A DNA stretch of 64,000 bases, taken from the NCBI GenBank assembly GCA_001801215.1, contig MGXA01000067.1, forward strand, positions 15,680 to 79,679, read 5' to 3'. The notes beneath the pieces are model-generated. The model had not been told where the DNA came from and made no database searches. It saw only the letters and a list, made by a program, of their open reading frames with translations. The DNA comes from Gallionellales bacterium RIFCSPLOWO2_02_FULL_59_110 (lineage in GTDB: Bacteria > Pseudomonadota > Gammaproteobacteria > Burkholderiales > Gallionellaceae). This document shows positions 18,270-28,132 of this stretch, piece after piece. The position numbers and the translations under genes were made by a program. Numbering within the stretch: the first letter of the stretch is position 1; each line of letters begins with the position of its first letter.

Positions 18270-18692
18270 ATGAAAGAAGTTCACATTAATTATTCCGGCA
18301 CTGCTCTGGATTATAAAGTGGCAAGCCATCTTGCATCCTCCTTTGCCTCCAGCACTCTGGGTGTGGGAGAACCCGTCATGGTCGCCTGGCATGACAAGCA
18401 GGCGTCCAGAATGTCTCCTGTCATCGAGGGCGGAGATATCAACACGCGTTGGCATGACTATGGAGAAAGCCACGGCGGCAAGCTGGCAGTCGATATCAAC
18501 GGCGACTTCGATTTTATCTTTACGGATGCCAGCGGCTTTGACGTTCTCGGCCCCAGCCCCCTGATCAATCTGCACGATCAGGCGGGAAATGAATATCTAT
18601 GCCAGATCAACGCACTGCGCAACCCGAAGCAACCGAACGAAGAAGCCTGCGTCAAGCTGGAAGGCCTGAATACCAAGGGCGACATGCATTGA
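18270..18692 (+). CDS. Hypothetical protein, probably AF1514/DUF5619 family
   Basis: AAGGAG RBS; VAWHDK..SP...WHDYGESHGGKLAVDING.F.F pattern recalled from the AF1514 family. Confidence 0.55.
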   Translation: MKEVHINYSGTALDYKVASHLASSFASSTLGVGEPVMVAWHDKQASRMSPVIEGGDINTRWHDYGESHGGKLAVDINGDFDFIFTDASGFDVLGPSPLINLHDQAGNEYLCQINALRNPKQPNEEACVKLEGLNTKGDMH

Positions 18693-18797
18693 GCTGGATT
18701 TAAGCGGGCCGGGGCAGCACATGCCCCGTTTCATTGCGATGGTTACGCAGTCCAAGGGTATAGCTGTAGCCGGGTAGTTCATGCGGCAGATTACTTA

Positions 18798-18907
18798 AGG
18801 ACGCGCTGATTTATTCGGTTTCGTCGTTCCCGCGAAGGCGGGAACCCAGTTAAGTAAAGGCACTGGATCCCCGCCTTCGCGGGGATGACGAATAAATCAG
18901 CGCCTCC
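18798..18907. mobile_element. 110-bp MITE, copy 1
   Basis: TIRs (a/g)ggacgcgctgatttattcg and cgaataaatcagcgcctcc, flanked by TTA/TTA; identical to 37806 and 50141 copies except the first base. Confidence 0.88.
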
Positions 18908-18985
18908 TTAAAGGCTTGTAACTACTCAGGTCGAAATGACGATACTCACGGAAGCACCACAACACCAGTCCCCTCTCCCGCCTGC

Positions 18986-19141
18986 GCATAAGCGCTAACT
19001 TATCCTGTTCCTCCCCCTTCAAGGGGGAGGCTAGGTGGGGGATGGGGTCAATCTCCATGAAATTCAGCCCCATCCCCACCCCAGCCCTCCCCTTGAAGGG
19101 GAGGGAGACATGCCTTGGCGTGCTTAAGTTAGCGCATATGC
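18986..19141. mobile_element. 156-bp MITE with 8-bp target duplication
   Basis: 17-bp TIR gcata(a/t)gcgctaactta (16/17), CCGCCTGC at 18978-85 and 19142-49, internal ctcccccttcaagggggag hairpin pair. Confidence 0.82.
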
Positions 19142-19273
19142 CCGCCTGCGGGGGATAGCTTGCGAGGGGGTACGCCGTGCTCTTACCTTGGGCGATAACA
19201 AAAAGCTCGCACAAAACCGAGTAACAGACGAGCATTGCGCCGCATGTTTTATGAGGTATCGCACCCCTGCCGC

Positions 19274-22200
19274 TCACTTCAACTCCCCAAAGAAATTCCT
19301 GACCGCCAGCACGCGCTGATGCAGGTCGCCGTATTTCAACTCGATGCGCAGCCTGTCCTGCCCGGCCATCTTGATGTGCCGTTTGCTCTGGATCATCGTG
19401 ATGATTTTCAGCGGGTCTATCGGCGGTTCCGGCACGAACTGGATCACGATGGCCTCCGATGACGCGTCCACTTTACTGACGCCGAGCGGTTTGGCGAGGA
19501 TGCGCAGACGATGGCTGTCGAGCAGGGTCTGCGCGGGTTCGGGCAGCAGGCCGAAGCGGTCGATCAATTCCTGATGCATGTCGTCCAGGTCTTGCTGCGT
19601 GTTGCAGTTGGCGAGACGCTTGTAGATCACCAGGCGCTGGTGGATGTCGCCGCAATAGTCGCTGGGCAACAGCGCCGGGGTATGCAGGTTGATCTCGGTG
19701 GTCACGCCCAGCGGGTGCGCCATGTCCGGCTCTTTGCCCAGTCTTAGCGAGCTGATCGCGGCGTTGAGCATGTCGGTGTACAGCGAAAAACCGATCTCCT
19801 GCATCTCGCCGCTCTGCGATTCGCCGAGCACTTCGCCCGCACCGCGTATCTCCAGATCGTGCATCGCAAGGTAGAAACCCGAGCCCAACTGTTCCATGGA
19901 CTGGATCGCCTCAAGACGTTTTTTTGCCTGTGCGGTAAGCGCTTCGGTTTCCACCAGCAGATAGGCATAGGCCTGGTGATGCGAACGCCCGACGCGACCG
20001 CGCAGTTGATGGAGTTGCGCGAGGCCGAAGCGGTCGGCGCGATTGATCAGGATGGTGTTGGCGGTCGGCACGTCGATGCCGGTCTCGATGATGGTGGTGC
20101 ACAGCAGCACGTTGAAGCGCTGCTGGTAGAAGTCGCGCATCGCCTGTTCCAGATCGCGTTCGCCCATCTGGCCGTGCGCCACGCGGATGCGCGCCTCCGG
20201 CAGCAGGGTCTCCAGCTTCTCCGCCATGTTGGCGATGGTCTCCACCTCGTTGTGCAGGAAGTACACCTGTCCGCCGCGCTTGAGTTCGCGCAGCACCGCC
20301 TCGCGGATCACCCCCTGGCTGTACTGGCTGACGAAGGTCTTGATCGACAGGCGCCGCTGCGGCGCGGTGGCGATCACCGAGAAATCGCGCAGGCCTTCCA
20401 GCGACATCGCCAGCGTGCGCGGGATCGGCGTGGCGGTCAGCGTCAAGACATCCACTTCCGCACGCAACGCCTTGAGGCGCTCCTTTTGCTGCACGCCGAA
20501 GCGGTGTTCCTCGTCGATGATGACCAGCCCGAGGTTGTGGAACTTCACGCCCTTCTGGATCAGCTTGTGCGTGCCGATGATGATGTCGAGCCTGCCGTCA
20601 GCCATATCCTTCAGCGCCTGCGTCTGCTCCTTCGCGGAGCGGAAGCGCGACAGCTCGGCGATTCGCACCGGCAGGTCGGCAAAGCGATTGGAAAAGTTCT
20701 GGAAATGCTGCTCGGCGAGCAGCGTGGTCGGCACCAGCACCGCGACCTGCTTGCCGTCCAGCGCCGCGACAAACGCGGCGCGCAGCGCCACTTCGGTCTT
20801 GCCGAAGCCGACGTCGCCGCATACCAGCCGGTCCATCGGCTTGCCGGATTGCAGGTCGGCGATCACCGCCTCGATGGCGGCGGCCTGATCGGGTGTTTCC
20901 TCGAAGCCGAATCCGGCGGCGAACGCCTCGTAGTCGTGCGGCGCCAGCTTGAACGCATGGCCCTTGCGCAGCGCGCGCTGTGCGTACAAGTTGAGCAACT
21001 CGGCGGCGGTGTCGCGCACCTGCTGCATCGCGCGCCGTTTCGCCTTGTCCCACGCGCCGCTGCCCAGCTTGTGCAAGGGTGCAGCTTCCGGCGCGCCGCC
21101 GCTGTAGCGACTGATGAGGTGCAGTTGCGCCACCGGCACGTAGAGCTTGTCCTCCCCCGCGTATTCCAGCAGCAGGAATTCGTTCTCGCCCTCGCCGAGG
21201 TCGAGGTTGACCAGCCCGCGATAGCGCGCGATGCCGTGCTGCTCGTGCACCACCGGATCGCCGACCTTGAGTTCGGACAGGTCGCGCAACATGCCCTCGA
21301 CATTGCTCCTCTTCCCGGCGCGCGCGGCGCGGCTGCGCGGCTGCGCCGCATACAGCTCGCTTTCGGTAATGAGAGCGGTCTTTTCATCGGTCAGGATGAA
21401 GCCGTTTTGCAGCGGGGCTACGCACAGCATGAAGGCCGCGTCGTTTTGCAGAAATTCGGCATAGTTCTCGCACAGCGCCGGAGCGAGGCCGTATTCGTGC
21501 AAATAACCCGCCATGATTTCGCGCCGACCCAGGCTGTCGGCGAGCAGCAGCACGCGCCCTTTGTAATTTTGCAGAAAATCCTGGAAGGTCTGCGTGGGTA
21601 TGTCGGCGCGGCGGTTCACGGCGATGGGCGGGATGGCGGCCGTGTGGCAGGGGGTTAGGTTTTTTGAGTCAACAGCAACCCCTCCCGGCCTCCCCTTATC
21701 AGGGGAGGAGTCTGGTTCTCCCCCTGACAAGGGGGAGTTAGAGGGGGTTTGTTTTTGAACTACATCAATGCGCGCAAACTCTTTCGCCCTGATGAAAAAC
21801 CGCTCCGCATCCAGAAACAGCTCCTTCGGTTCCAGCAGCGGGCGCTGCGGATCGCCGCGCAGCAGGTTGTAGCGCGATGCGGCATCCTTGGCGAAGGTCG
21901 CAATGGCCTCGTCGATCCCGTGGTGCAGGCACAGCGTGGCGTGCTTCGGCAGGTAGTCGAACAGCGTGGCGGTCTGCTCGAAGAACAGCGGCAGGTAATA
22001 CTCTATGCCCGCCGGGGCGATGCCCTTGCTCACGCCCTTGTAGATAAATGATTTGGACGGGTCGCCCTCGAATCTATCCCTGAAGTTCTGGCGGAAAGTC
22101 GCCTGGCCTTTTTCGTCGAGCGGAAACTCGCGCGCGGGCAACAGGCGGATTTCCGGCACCGGGTACAGCGTGCGCTGCGTATCCACGTCGAAGCTGGCGA

Positions 22201-22753
22201 TGGTCTCGATCTCGTCGTCGAACAGGTCGATGCGGTACGGCAGCACGCTGCCCATCGCGAACAGGTCGATGATGCCGCCGCGCACGCAGTATTCGCCGGG
22301 GGCGAGCACCTGCTGCACATGGTTGTATCCGGCGAGGGTTAACTGTTCGCGCAGTTGCGCAACGTTCAATTTTTCGCCGCGCTTGAGGAAGAAGGTATAG
22401 GCGGCGAGATGCTCGACCGGCGGCAGCGGGTACAGCGCGGTAGTGAGCGGCACGATCACCACGTCGCAAACCTGGCTGCGGATGTGGTGCAGCGTCGCGA
22501 GGCGCTCGGAAATCAGGTCCTGATGCGGCGAAAAATGGTCGTATGGCAGCGTTTCCCAGTCGGGCAAGAGATGCACGCGCAGGCCGGGCGCAAAGAACGG
22601 GATCTCTTCCACCAGCCGCTGCGCCTCAAGCGCATTGGCGGCGATGATTGTCAGCGGAGAATGCTGCGCGGCATACTGTGCCAACGCCAGCGCGTCGGAC
22701 GAACCGTGCAGTTGCGTATAGCGGGGGAGTGAATGCTTTGAGCTGAACAACAT
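19274..22753 (-). CDS. mfd: Transcription-repair coupling factor Mfd
   Basis: UvrB-like N-terminus, RID (VVHEQHGIARY), helicase motifs GDVGFGKT, DEEHRFG, TATPIPRT, QLRGRVGR, TRG motif, C-terminal TRCF domain. Confidence 0.97.
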   Translation of the reverse strand: MLFSSKHSLPRYTQLHGSSDALALAQYAAQHSPLTIIAANALEAQRLVEEIPFFAPGLRVHLLPDWETLPYDHFSPHQDLISERLATLHHIRSQVCDVVIVPLTTALYPLPPVEHLAAYTFFLKRGEKLNVAQLREQLTLAGYNHVQQVLAPGEYCVRGGIIDLFAMGSVLPYRIDLFDDEIETIASFDVDTQRTLYPVPEIRLLPAREFPLDEKGQATFRQNFRDRFEGDPSKSFIYKGVSKGIAPAGIEYYLPLFFEQTATLFDYLPKHATLCLHHGIDEAIATFAKDAASRYNLLRGDPQRPLLEPKELFLDAERFFIRAKEFARIDVVQKQTPSNSPLSGGEPDSSPDKGRPGGVAVDSKNLTPCHTAAIPPIAVNRRADIPTQTFQDFLQNYKGRVLLLADSLGRREIMAGYLHEYGLAPALCENYAEFLQNDAAFMLCVAPLQNGFILTDEKTALITESELYAAQPRSRAARAGKRSNVEGMLRDLSELKVGDPVVHEQHGIARYRGLVNLDLGEGENEFLLLEYAGEDKLYVPVAQLHLISRYSGGAPEAAPLHKLGSGAWDKAKRRAMQQVRDTAAELLNLYAQRALRKGHAFKLAPHDYEAFAAGFGFEETPDQAAAIEAVIADLQSGKPMDRLVCGDVGFGKTEVALRAAFVAALDGKQVAVLVPTTLLAEQHFQNFSNRFADLPVRIAELSRFRSAKEQTQALKDMADGRLDIIIGTHKLIQKGVKFHNLGLVIIDEEHRFGVQQKERLKALRAEVDVLTLTATPIPRTLAMSLEGLRDFSVIATAPQRRLSIKTFVSQYSQGVIREAVLRELKRGGQVYFLHNEVETIANMAEKLETLLPEARIRVAHGQMGERDLEQAMRDFYQQRFNVLLCTTIIETGIDVPTANTILINRADRFGLAQLHQLRGRVGRSHHQAYAYLLVETEALTAQAKKRLEAIQSMEQLGSGFYLAMHDLEIRGAGEVLGESQSGEMQEIGFSLYTDMLNAAISSLRLGKEPDMAHPLGVTTEINLHTPALLPSDYCGDIHQRLVIYKRLANCNTQQDLDDMHQELIDRFGLLPEPAQTLLDSHRLRILAKPLGVSKVDASSEAIVIQFVPEPPIDPLKIITMIQSKRHIKMAGQDRLRIELKYGDLHQRVLAVRNFFGELK
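21677..21759. repeat. Palindromic element in-frame inside mfd
   Basis: Double hairpin homologous to intergenic 7434-7557; read as ..QTPSNSPLSGGEPDSSPDKGRPGGV.. on the minus strand. Confidence 0.75.
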
Positions 22754-22889
22754 GAACGGTTCGATGCAAATCCGGGTAGTGCGTTCACTCTTCGATACAT
22801 CAGGGTAAACGCAAAGGGAGCGATGGCTGGTACAAATGGGCGCATTATAAGCCATGCGCGCGAACAGTTTTTTAATTTACAATCGCGCC

Positions 22890-23573
22890 ATGCCCGAATT
22901 CCACGCCCTCGTCCCTGCCGCCGGTTACGGTGCGCGCATGGGACACGAATTGCCCAAGCAATACCTGCCGCTGGCTGGGCAGCCGCTGATTTTCCACGCG
23001 TTGAACACGCTGTGCGCCAGCCCCGAGATCGCCACGGTGTTCGTGGTGCTGGCGCCCGACGATGCGCTGTTCCACACTTACGAATGGCCGCATTTCGGGG
23101 ACAAGCTGCAACCCTTGTATTGCGGCGGAGCGACGCGCGCCGAGAGCGTGGCTAACGGTTTGCTGGCTTCAGAACTGGAACCCGACGACTGGGTACTGGT
23201 GCACGATGCGGCGCGCCCCTGCCTGACCCAGGCGCATGTCGCCAGGCTGATCGCCGAGCTGCGCGACGATGAGGTCGGCGGCATCCTCGCCGTGCCGGTG
23301 GCGGACACGCTGAAGCGCGCTGATGACCAAGGGCGTATCGCCCGCACCGAGGATCGCGCCGGGTTGTGGCAGGCGCAGACGCCGCAGATGTTCCGCGCCG
23401 GGCTGCTGGCGCAGGCGTTGCGGCAGTGCGGCAATGTTACCGATGAGGCTTCTGCTATTGAGGCATTGGGTTTGCGACCCAGACTGGTGTTGGGCGAATC
23501 GACTAATTTCAAGGTGACCTATCCGCAGGATTTGCTGCTGGCGGAGTTGTTGTTGGGTCAAAAAGGCAAATAG
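22890..23573 (+). CDS. ispD: 2-C-methyl-D-erythritol 4-phosphate cytidylyltransferase
   Basis: [11 protein letters not shown]...[42 protein letters not shown]. Confidence 0.96.
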   Translation: MPEFHALVPAAGYGARMGHELPKQYLPLAGQPLIFHALNTLCASPEIATVFVVLAPDDALFHTYEWPHFGDKLQPLYCGGATRAESVANGLLASELEPDDWVLVHDAARPCLTQAHVARLIAELRDDEVGGILAVPVADTLKRADDQGRIARTEDRAGLWQAQTPQMFRAGLLAQALRQCGNVTDEASAIEALGLRPRLVLGESTNFKVTYPQDLLLAELLLGQKGK

Positions 23574-23632
23574 CCACAGAGAACACAGAGAAACCAGCTG
23601 CCCTCTCTGTGTCCTCTGTGGTCTCTGTGGCT
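23572..23632. repeat. CACAGAG-type inverted repeat
   Basis: agccacagagaacacagaga...tctctgtgtcctctgtggtctctgtggct; related pieces near 47295, 47431 and 53243. Confidence 0.65.
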
Positions 23633-23659
23633 TGTTCTAGGTTTTGATTGGGGAAAAGT

Positions 23660-24133
23660 ATGAGGATAGGACAAGGTTTCGACGTCCACCAACTGGTGGA
23701 GGGGCGCAAGCTGATCGTCGGCGGCGTGGAAATTCCCCATGACCGGGGGCTGCTCGGCCATTCCGATGCCGATGTGCTGCTGCATGCGATCAGCGACGCG
23801 CTGCTCGGTGCGGCGGCGCTGGGGGACATCGGCAGGCATTTCGCCGACACCGACGCGAAGTTCAAGGACATCGACAGCCGCATCCTGCTGCGCGAGACGC
23901 TGCATCTGGTGCGCGAACAGGGCTGGCGCGTCGGCAACGTCGATGCGACCATCATCGCGCAGGCGCCGAAGATGGCGCCGCATATCCCACAGATGGTGGC
24001 GCATATCGCCGCCGACCTGCGTGTCGAGAAGAGTGCGGTCAACGTGAAGGCGACCACCACCGAGCAGTTAGGCTTCAGCGGGCGCGGCGAAGGGATCGCG
24101 GCGCAGGCGGTAGTGTTGTTGTTGGCGGATTGA
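23660..24133 (+). CDS. ispF: 2-C-methyl-D-erythritol 2,4-cyclodiphosphate synthase
   Basis: [36 protein letters not shown]. Confidence 0.97.
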   Translation: MRIGQGFDVHQLVEGRKLIVGGVEIPHDRGLLGHSDADVLLHAISDALLGAAALGDIGRHFADTDAKFKDIDSRILLRETLHLVREQGWRVGNVDATIIAQAPKMAPHIPQMVAHIAADLRVEKSAVNVKATTTEQLGFSGRGEGIAAQAVVLLLAD

Positions 24134-24266
24134 TGATAATCACTATTTGTTGCAGGGCGGGCTGTGCGTGTGTTGTTGGGGCTTCAGCCCCTTACAACCA
24201 CGGCCTACCTCTTGCGGGTGTTGCCCGCCGGATAAAGATGTCGGGCGGAGCCCGACCTACCTGCTA

Positions 24267-24956
24267 ATGCGCGTTCTTGCTTTGGATACCTCCACCGAAT
24301 ACTGCTCGGTCGCGCTGTGGCAGGACGGCGCAATCGTCGAGCGTTGCGATCTGGCCGTGCAGAAGCATTCCGAAATGCTGATCGCGATGATCGACGACCT
24401 GCTGCAAGCTACATGCTGCAAGCTACAGGCTATGGACGGCATCGCGTTCGGCATGGGGCCCGGCTCGTTCACCGGAGTACGCATCGCCTGCGGTGCGGCG
24501 CAGGGTCTGGCGTTCGGCGCGAACTTGCCGGTGGCCGGTGTATGCACCCTGCAAGCGCTGGCGGAAGCTTCGGGCAAAGAGAAAGTCATCGCGGCGCTGG
24601 ATGCGCGCATGGGCGAGATATACCATGCCGCGTACGAAAAGCGCGATGGCGCATGGGTGGCAACGAGCGAACCGCGCCTGTGCAAACCGGAAGATGCGCC
24701 GCCGCTGCCGGGCGATGGCTGGTTCGGTGCGGGCAGCGGCTTTGCCGTATACGGTGAGGCATTGGGCGAGCGCTATGCCGGGCAGTTGTTCGGCACGGAT
24801 GGTTCGGTCGTGCCGCAGGCCGCCGCGATCGCCGCGCTGGGCGCGGCGCAGTTCGCCCAGGGTCTCGGCAAGGATGCGGCAGAAGCCTTGCCGCTGTACC
24901 TGCGCGACAAGGTGGCGCTGAAGACTTCCGAGCGCGAAGTCCCCCGCCCATCATGA
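24267..24956 (+). CDS. tsaB: tRNA threonylcarbamoyladenosine biosynthesis protein TsaB
   Basis: MRVLALDTST, GPGSFTGVRI, DARMGEIY, PLYLR. Confidence 0.94.
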   Translation: MRVLALDTSTEYCSVALWQDGAIVERCDLAVQKHSEMLIAMIDDLLQATCCKLQAMDGIAFGMGPGSFTGVRIACGAAQGLAFGANLPVAGVCTLQALAEASGKEKVIAALDARMGEIYHAAYEKRDGAWVATSEPRLCKPEDAPPLPGDGWFGAGSGFAVYGEALGERYAGQLFGTDGSVVPQAAAIAALGAAQFAQGLGKDAAEALPLYLRDKVALKTSEREVPRPS

Positions 24957-25411
24957 CGATGCGCGCGATGGCGCGGGATGATGTGGATGCGGTGCTCGCC
25001 ATCGAGCAGGCGGTGCAGCGCTTCCCGTGGACGCGCGGCAATTTTGCCGATGCGCTGAACTGCGGCTATGACTGCCGCGTGGATGAAGTGGATAACGGCG
25101 CGATTCGCGGTTATGCGATTTTGATGCCGGTGGCGGACGAGGCGGAACTGCTGGCCATCGGCGTGGCGCAGGCCGAGCAGCGCAAAGGGTTGGGGAGCGC
25201 GATGCTGGCCGGGATGCTGGACATGGCGCGCGAAAAAAACCTGCGCCGCGTGTTTCTCGAGGTGCGCGCATCCAATGATGCCGCGATTGCGCTATACCGC
25301 CGCGCGGGTTTCGGCGAGATCGGACTTCGGCGCGATTATTATCAAAATGCGAGCGGCAGCGAGGATGCGCTGGTGATGGCGTGCGAATTGACGGGTGAAG
25401 TGAATGGATAG
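24953..25411 (+). CDS. rimI: Ribosomal protein S18 alanine N-acetyltransferase
   Basis: GNAT: PWTRGNF, QRKGLG, FLEVRASN..A..LY...GF...G.RRDYY...EDA. Confidence 0.92.
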   Translation: MTMRAMARDDVDAVLAIEQAVQRFPWTRGNFADALNCGYDCRVDEVDNGAIRGYAILMPVADEAELLAIGVAQAEQRKGLGSAMLAGMLDMAREKNLRRVFLEVRASNDAAIALYRRAGFGEIGLRRDYYQNASGSEDALVMACELTGEVNG

Positions 25412-26219
25412 GAACGAAGCGGTATTGCGCGAGTTGAAACTGTATCCGCTGTGGCAGCGGCGCGGCGAGCCTGCGCCCGTTGCGGCGGCGCAAACCGTGC
25501 AGGCGCCTGGCTACGCTGCGCTAACCCGACCTGCGCAGCTACCCGCGCAGCCTGTTTCTGGCATAACGGTTGACGGGCCAGTCGCGCTTCCGGCGGCACC
25601 CGCAACAGCCGACGACAAGAGCCGCGAACAGCGCATCGGTGAACTCGGCTGGCCACAATTGAAGGCGATGGTGCGCGACTGCGCCGCCTGCAAACTGCGC
25701 GCCGGTTGCGCGCAGACAGTGTTTGGCGTCGGCGACGAGCAGGCCGAATGGCTGTTTGTCGGCGAAGGGCCAGGCGCGGACGAGGACGCGCAAGGTGAGC
25801 CGTTCGTCGGGCAGGCAGGCAAGCTGCTCGACAACATGCTGCTGGCGATCAAACTCAGGCGCGGGCAAAATGTGTACATCGCCAATATCGTGAAATGCCG
25901 TCCACCTGTTGATGTATCGGATAAGCAGTTACCGCCCAAGCCGGACGAGATCGCAACCTGCCTGCCCTACCTGCAACGCCAGATCGGATTGATAAAACCC
26001 AAGATCATCGTCGCGCTGGGCAAGACCGCCGCCACCGCCCTGCTGGGCAAGGACGCGGCGCTGGGCTCGCTGCGCGGCACGGTGCACGATTACTGCGGCA
26101 TCCCGTTAATCGTGACCTACCATCCCGCCTATTTGCTGCGCAGCCCGCCGGAAAAAGCCAAGGCGTGGCAGGATTTGTGTTTCGCGGTGCAGGCGCATCA
26201 ACCGCAGGGCCGGGCATGA
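25404..26219 (+). CDS. Family 4 uracil-DNA glycosylase ([4Fe-4S])
   Basis: [42 protein letters not shown]. Confidence 0.93.
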   Translation: MDRNEAVLRELKLYPLWQRRGEPAPVAAAQTVQAPGYAALTRPAQLPAQPVSGITVDGPVALPAAPATADDKSREQRIGELGWPQLKAMVRDCAACKLRAGCAQTVFGVGDEQAEWLFVGEGPGADEDAQGEPFVGQAGKLLDNMLLAIKLRRGQNVYIANIVKCRPPVDVSDKQLPPKPDEIATCLPYLQRQIGLIKPKIIVALGKTAATALLGKDAALGSLRGTVHDYCGIPLIVTYHPAYLLRSPPEKAKAWQDLCFAVQAHQPQGRA

Positions 26220-26297
26220 GACAGCCGGACATGAAGCGGCAAAAAGCGCGGATTATGTTGCCAACATCAGAACTTGCCGCTTATTCGTAATGCAAAG

Positions 26298-27422
26298 ATG
26301 AATAACCATCTCCGATCGGAAAATGATTTTCTGCGCCAGCGTCTGGAAGCCTTGCTGTGCGAAGCGCGGCAAAATGAAAGCAAGATGCGCCGGTTCGATC
26401 AGCTCCAGCACCGGCTGATCGGCGCCGATTCGCTGCCGGAATTAATTCACCTGCTGCTTTTCGAGTACCGGGTGGTATTCGAGGTAGAGTTTGTCACCCT
26501 CGCGCTGGTTGACCGGGAATATGAGGTTACCCGGGCTATGGAAAACGTGCCTGGCGATGATGCGGCAGAAAGCGGGCTGACCCTGCTCCAATCACCTGAT
26601 GCGCTTTTGGCGCTGTATGACGGAAAACGTGGGCCGCATTTGGGCGCATTCGACCCCATCCATCACCGGGCGCTCTTCAACGCCCCGCCGGGCGCCATTG
26701 CGTCGGTTGCCCTCCTGCCGCTTACGCGCCATGGCGAACTGATCGGCAGCCTTCATTCGGGAAGCGCCAATCCGGAGCGTTACATCGCCGGCTGCGGAAC
26801 GGACTTCCTTGAGCGGCTGGCCGAAATCATCGCAATTTGCCTGGAAAACACTCTCGCGCAGGAACGCTTGAAAATGCTGGGGCTGACCGATGCATTGACC
26901 GGGGTGCAGAACCGCCGTTGCTTCGACCACCGTTGCCTGGTTGAAATCAGCCAGGCTCGCCGGCACGACCAACCGCTGGCCTGCATGTTTCTCGACATAG
27001 ATAAATTCAAGCACATCAACGACACCTATGGCCATCCGACGGGCGATGAAGTGCTGATGAGCGTTGCCAGCTTCATTCAGTCCCAGTTGAGGGTGGGCGA
27101 TACGATTGCCCGGTATGGCGGCGAGGAATTTGTCGTGCTCCTGCCGCAGACCGATCTGCGCCATGCCGGCCAGATCGCAGAACGGATTCGCACCTGCATT
27201 GCGGAAAAACAGCTATCTGCAATTTCCGGCCAACCGATCAATCTCACCATCTCGATCGGAATATCCATGCTGCCAGTCGAAGGCCCCGCCGCGGAAAATC
27301 GCCACCTGGCCGACCGCATGGTCGCAGCCGCAGACAAGGCACTTTATCGGGCCAAAAATGGTGGCCGCAACCGTGTGGTTTGCGAGCATGATGCCTCAAT
27401 AAAGCAGCAAAACTGCCCATGA
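26298..27422 (+). CDS. DUF484/GAF-like diguanylate cyclase
   Basis: DUF484-like N-terminus (SVALLPL...GS.NPERY..G.GTDFL), then TDALTG, DIDKFK, ARYGGEEF. Confidence 0.85.
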   Translation: MNNHLRSENDFLRQRLEALLCEARQNESKMRRFDQLQHRLIGADSLPELIHLLLFEYRVVFEVEFVTLALVDREYEVTRAMENVPGDDAAESGLTLLQSPDALLALYDGKRGPHLGAFDPIHHRALFNAPPGAIASVALLPLTRHGELIGSLHSGSANPERYIAGCGTDFLERLAEIIAICLENTLAQERLKMLGLTDALTGVQNRRCFDHRCLVEISQARRHDQPLACMFLDIDKFKHINDTYGHPTGDEVLMSVASFIQSQLRVGDTIARYGGEEFVVLLPQTDLRHAGQIAERIRTCIAEKQLSAISGQPINLTISIGISMLPVEGPAAENRHLADRMVAAADKALYRAKNGGRNRVVCEHDASIKQQNCP

Positions 27423-27586
27423 AACCTGGGGCACACCAGCCGCAAGCTCGCAGAGCTTGACAGGCCCGCGCAGCGGTGGGCGACTACGGGGTTTTCCGGG
27501 GGGCTATAGGGTAAATTACCTATATTCTAAAAGCAGTCGCATTGCCAGAATGGCACTCCCCAACAACCACACGCCAGGAGCCGACC

Positions 27587-28132
27587 ATGAATATGTATGC
27601 TGATCCGGAAAAGGGTATTTTACGTGAAGCGGAAGCTGCCAGAACCGCACATTTATCTGCCCAGGGGGGCACATTCTCGCTCAGGCGCGCCCACTATTTC
27701 ACCAAAACCGGGAAACCGCTGTTAACTTCTGATCAGCTGTCCGCCGAGCAACAGCAGGAACTTATCAGGCTTATCAGAGATGACAATGCCGACGCGAGAC
27801 GAAAAATGATCGCCCACAACATACATCTGGTAATTGATTTTGCCAAACACTATGCCAATTGCGGCCTGACACCTCTCGAACTGGTCAGGGAAGGCAATCA
27901 TGGTCTCATCCAGTCGGTAGAAAGATTCGAGCCGGAGGGCGGCATCAGTTTCCCCGCCTACGCCACCTGGTGCATACGCCAGCACATCGAGCGCGCCATC
28001 ATGAAGAAGAACTCCCCGATCCAGCATGTTGCCAAACCTCCGTTTGCTCCCCACGGCGCCCCATCGATACTGCCCGCTGTTCTGTCCAACAAATCGGCAA
28101 CTATCGGGAGCTGCCATGGCTTTCATGCATAA
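27587..28132 (+). CDS. Truncated sigma70/RpoS-like protein (regions 1.2-2 only)
   Basis: AGGAG RBS; PLLT, ARRKMIAHNIHLV, LELVREGNHGL, RFEPEGG..F..YATWCIRQHIERAI; stop before regions 3-4. Confidence 0.72.
   Translation: MNMYADPEKGILREAEAARTAHLSAQGGTFSLRRAHYFTKTGKPLLTSDQLSAEQQQELIRLIRDDNADARRKMIAHNIHLVIDFAKHYANCGLTPLELVREGNHGLIQSVERFEPEGGISFPAYATWCIRQHIERAIMKKNSPIQHVAKPPFAPHGAPSILPAVLSNKSATIGSCHGFHA

Noticed and set aside
25900-25950. Short insertion in UDG after KCRPP ([10 protein letters not shown])
   Set aside because: Only a few residues in a variable loop, with no repeat signature.
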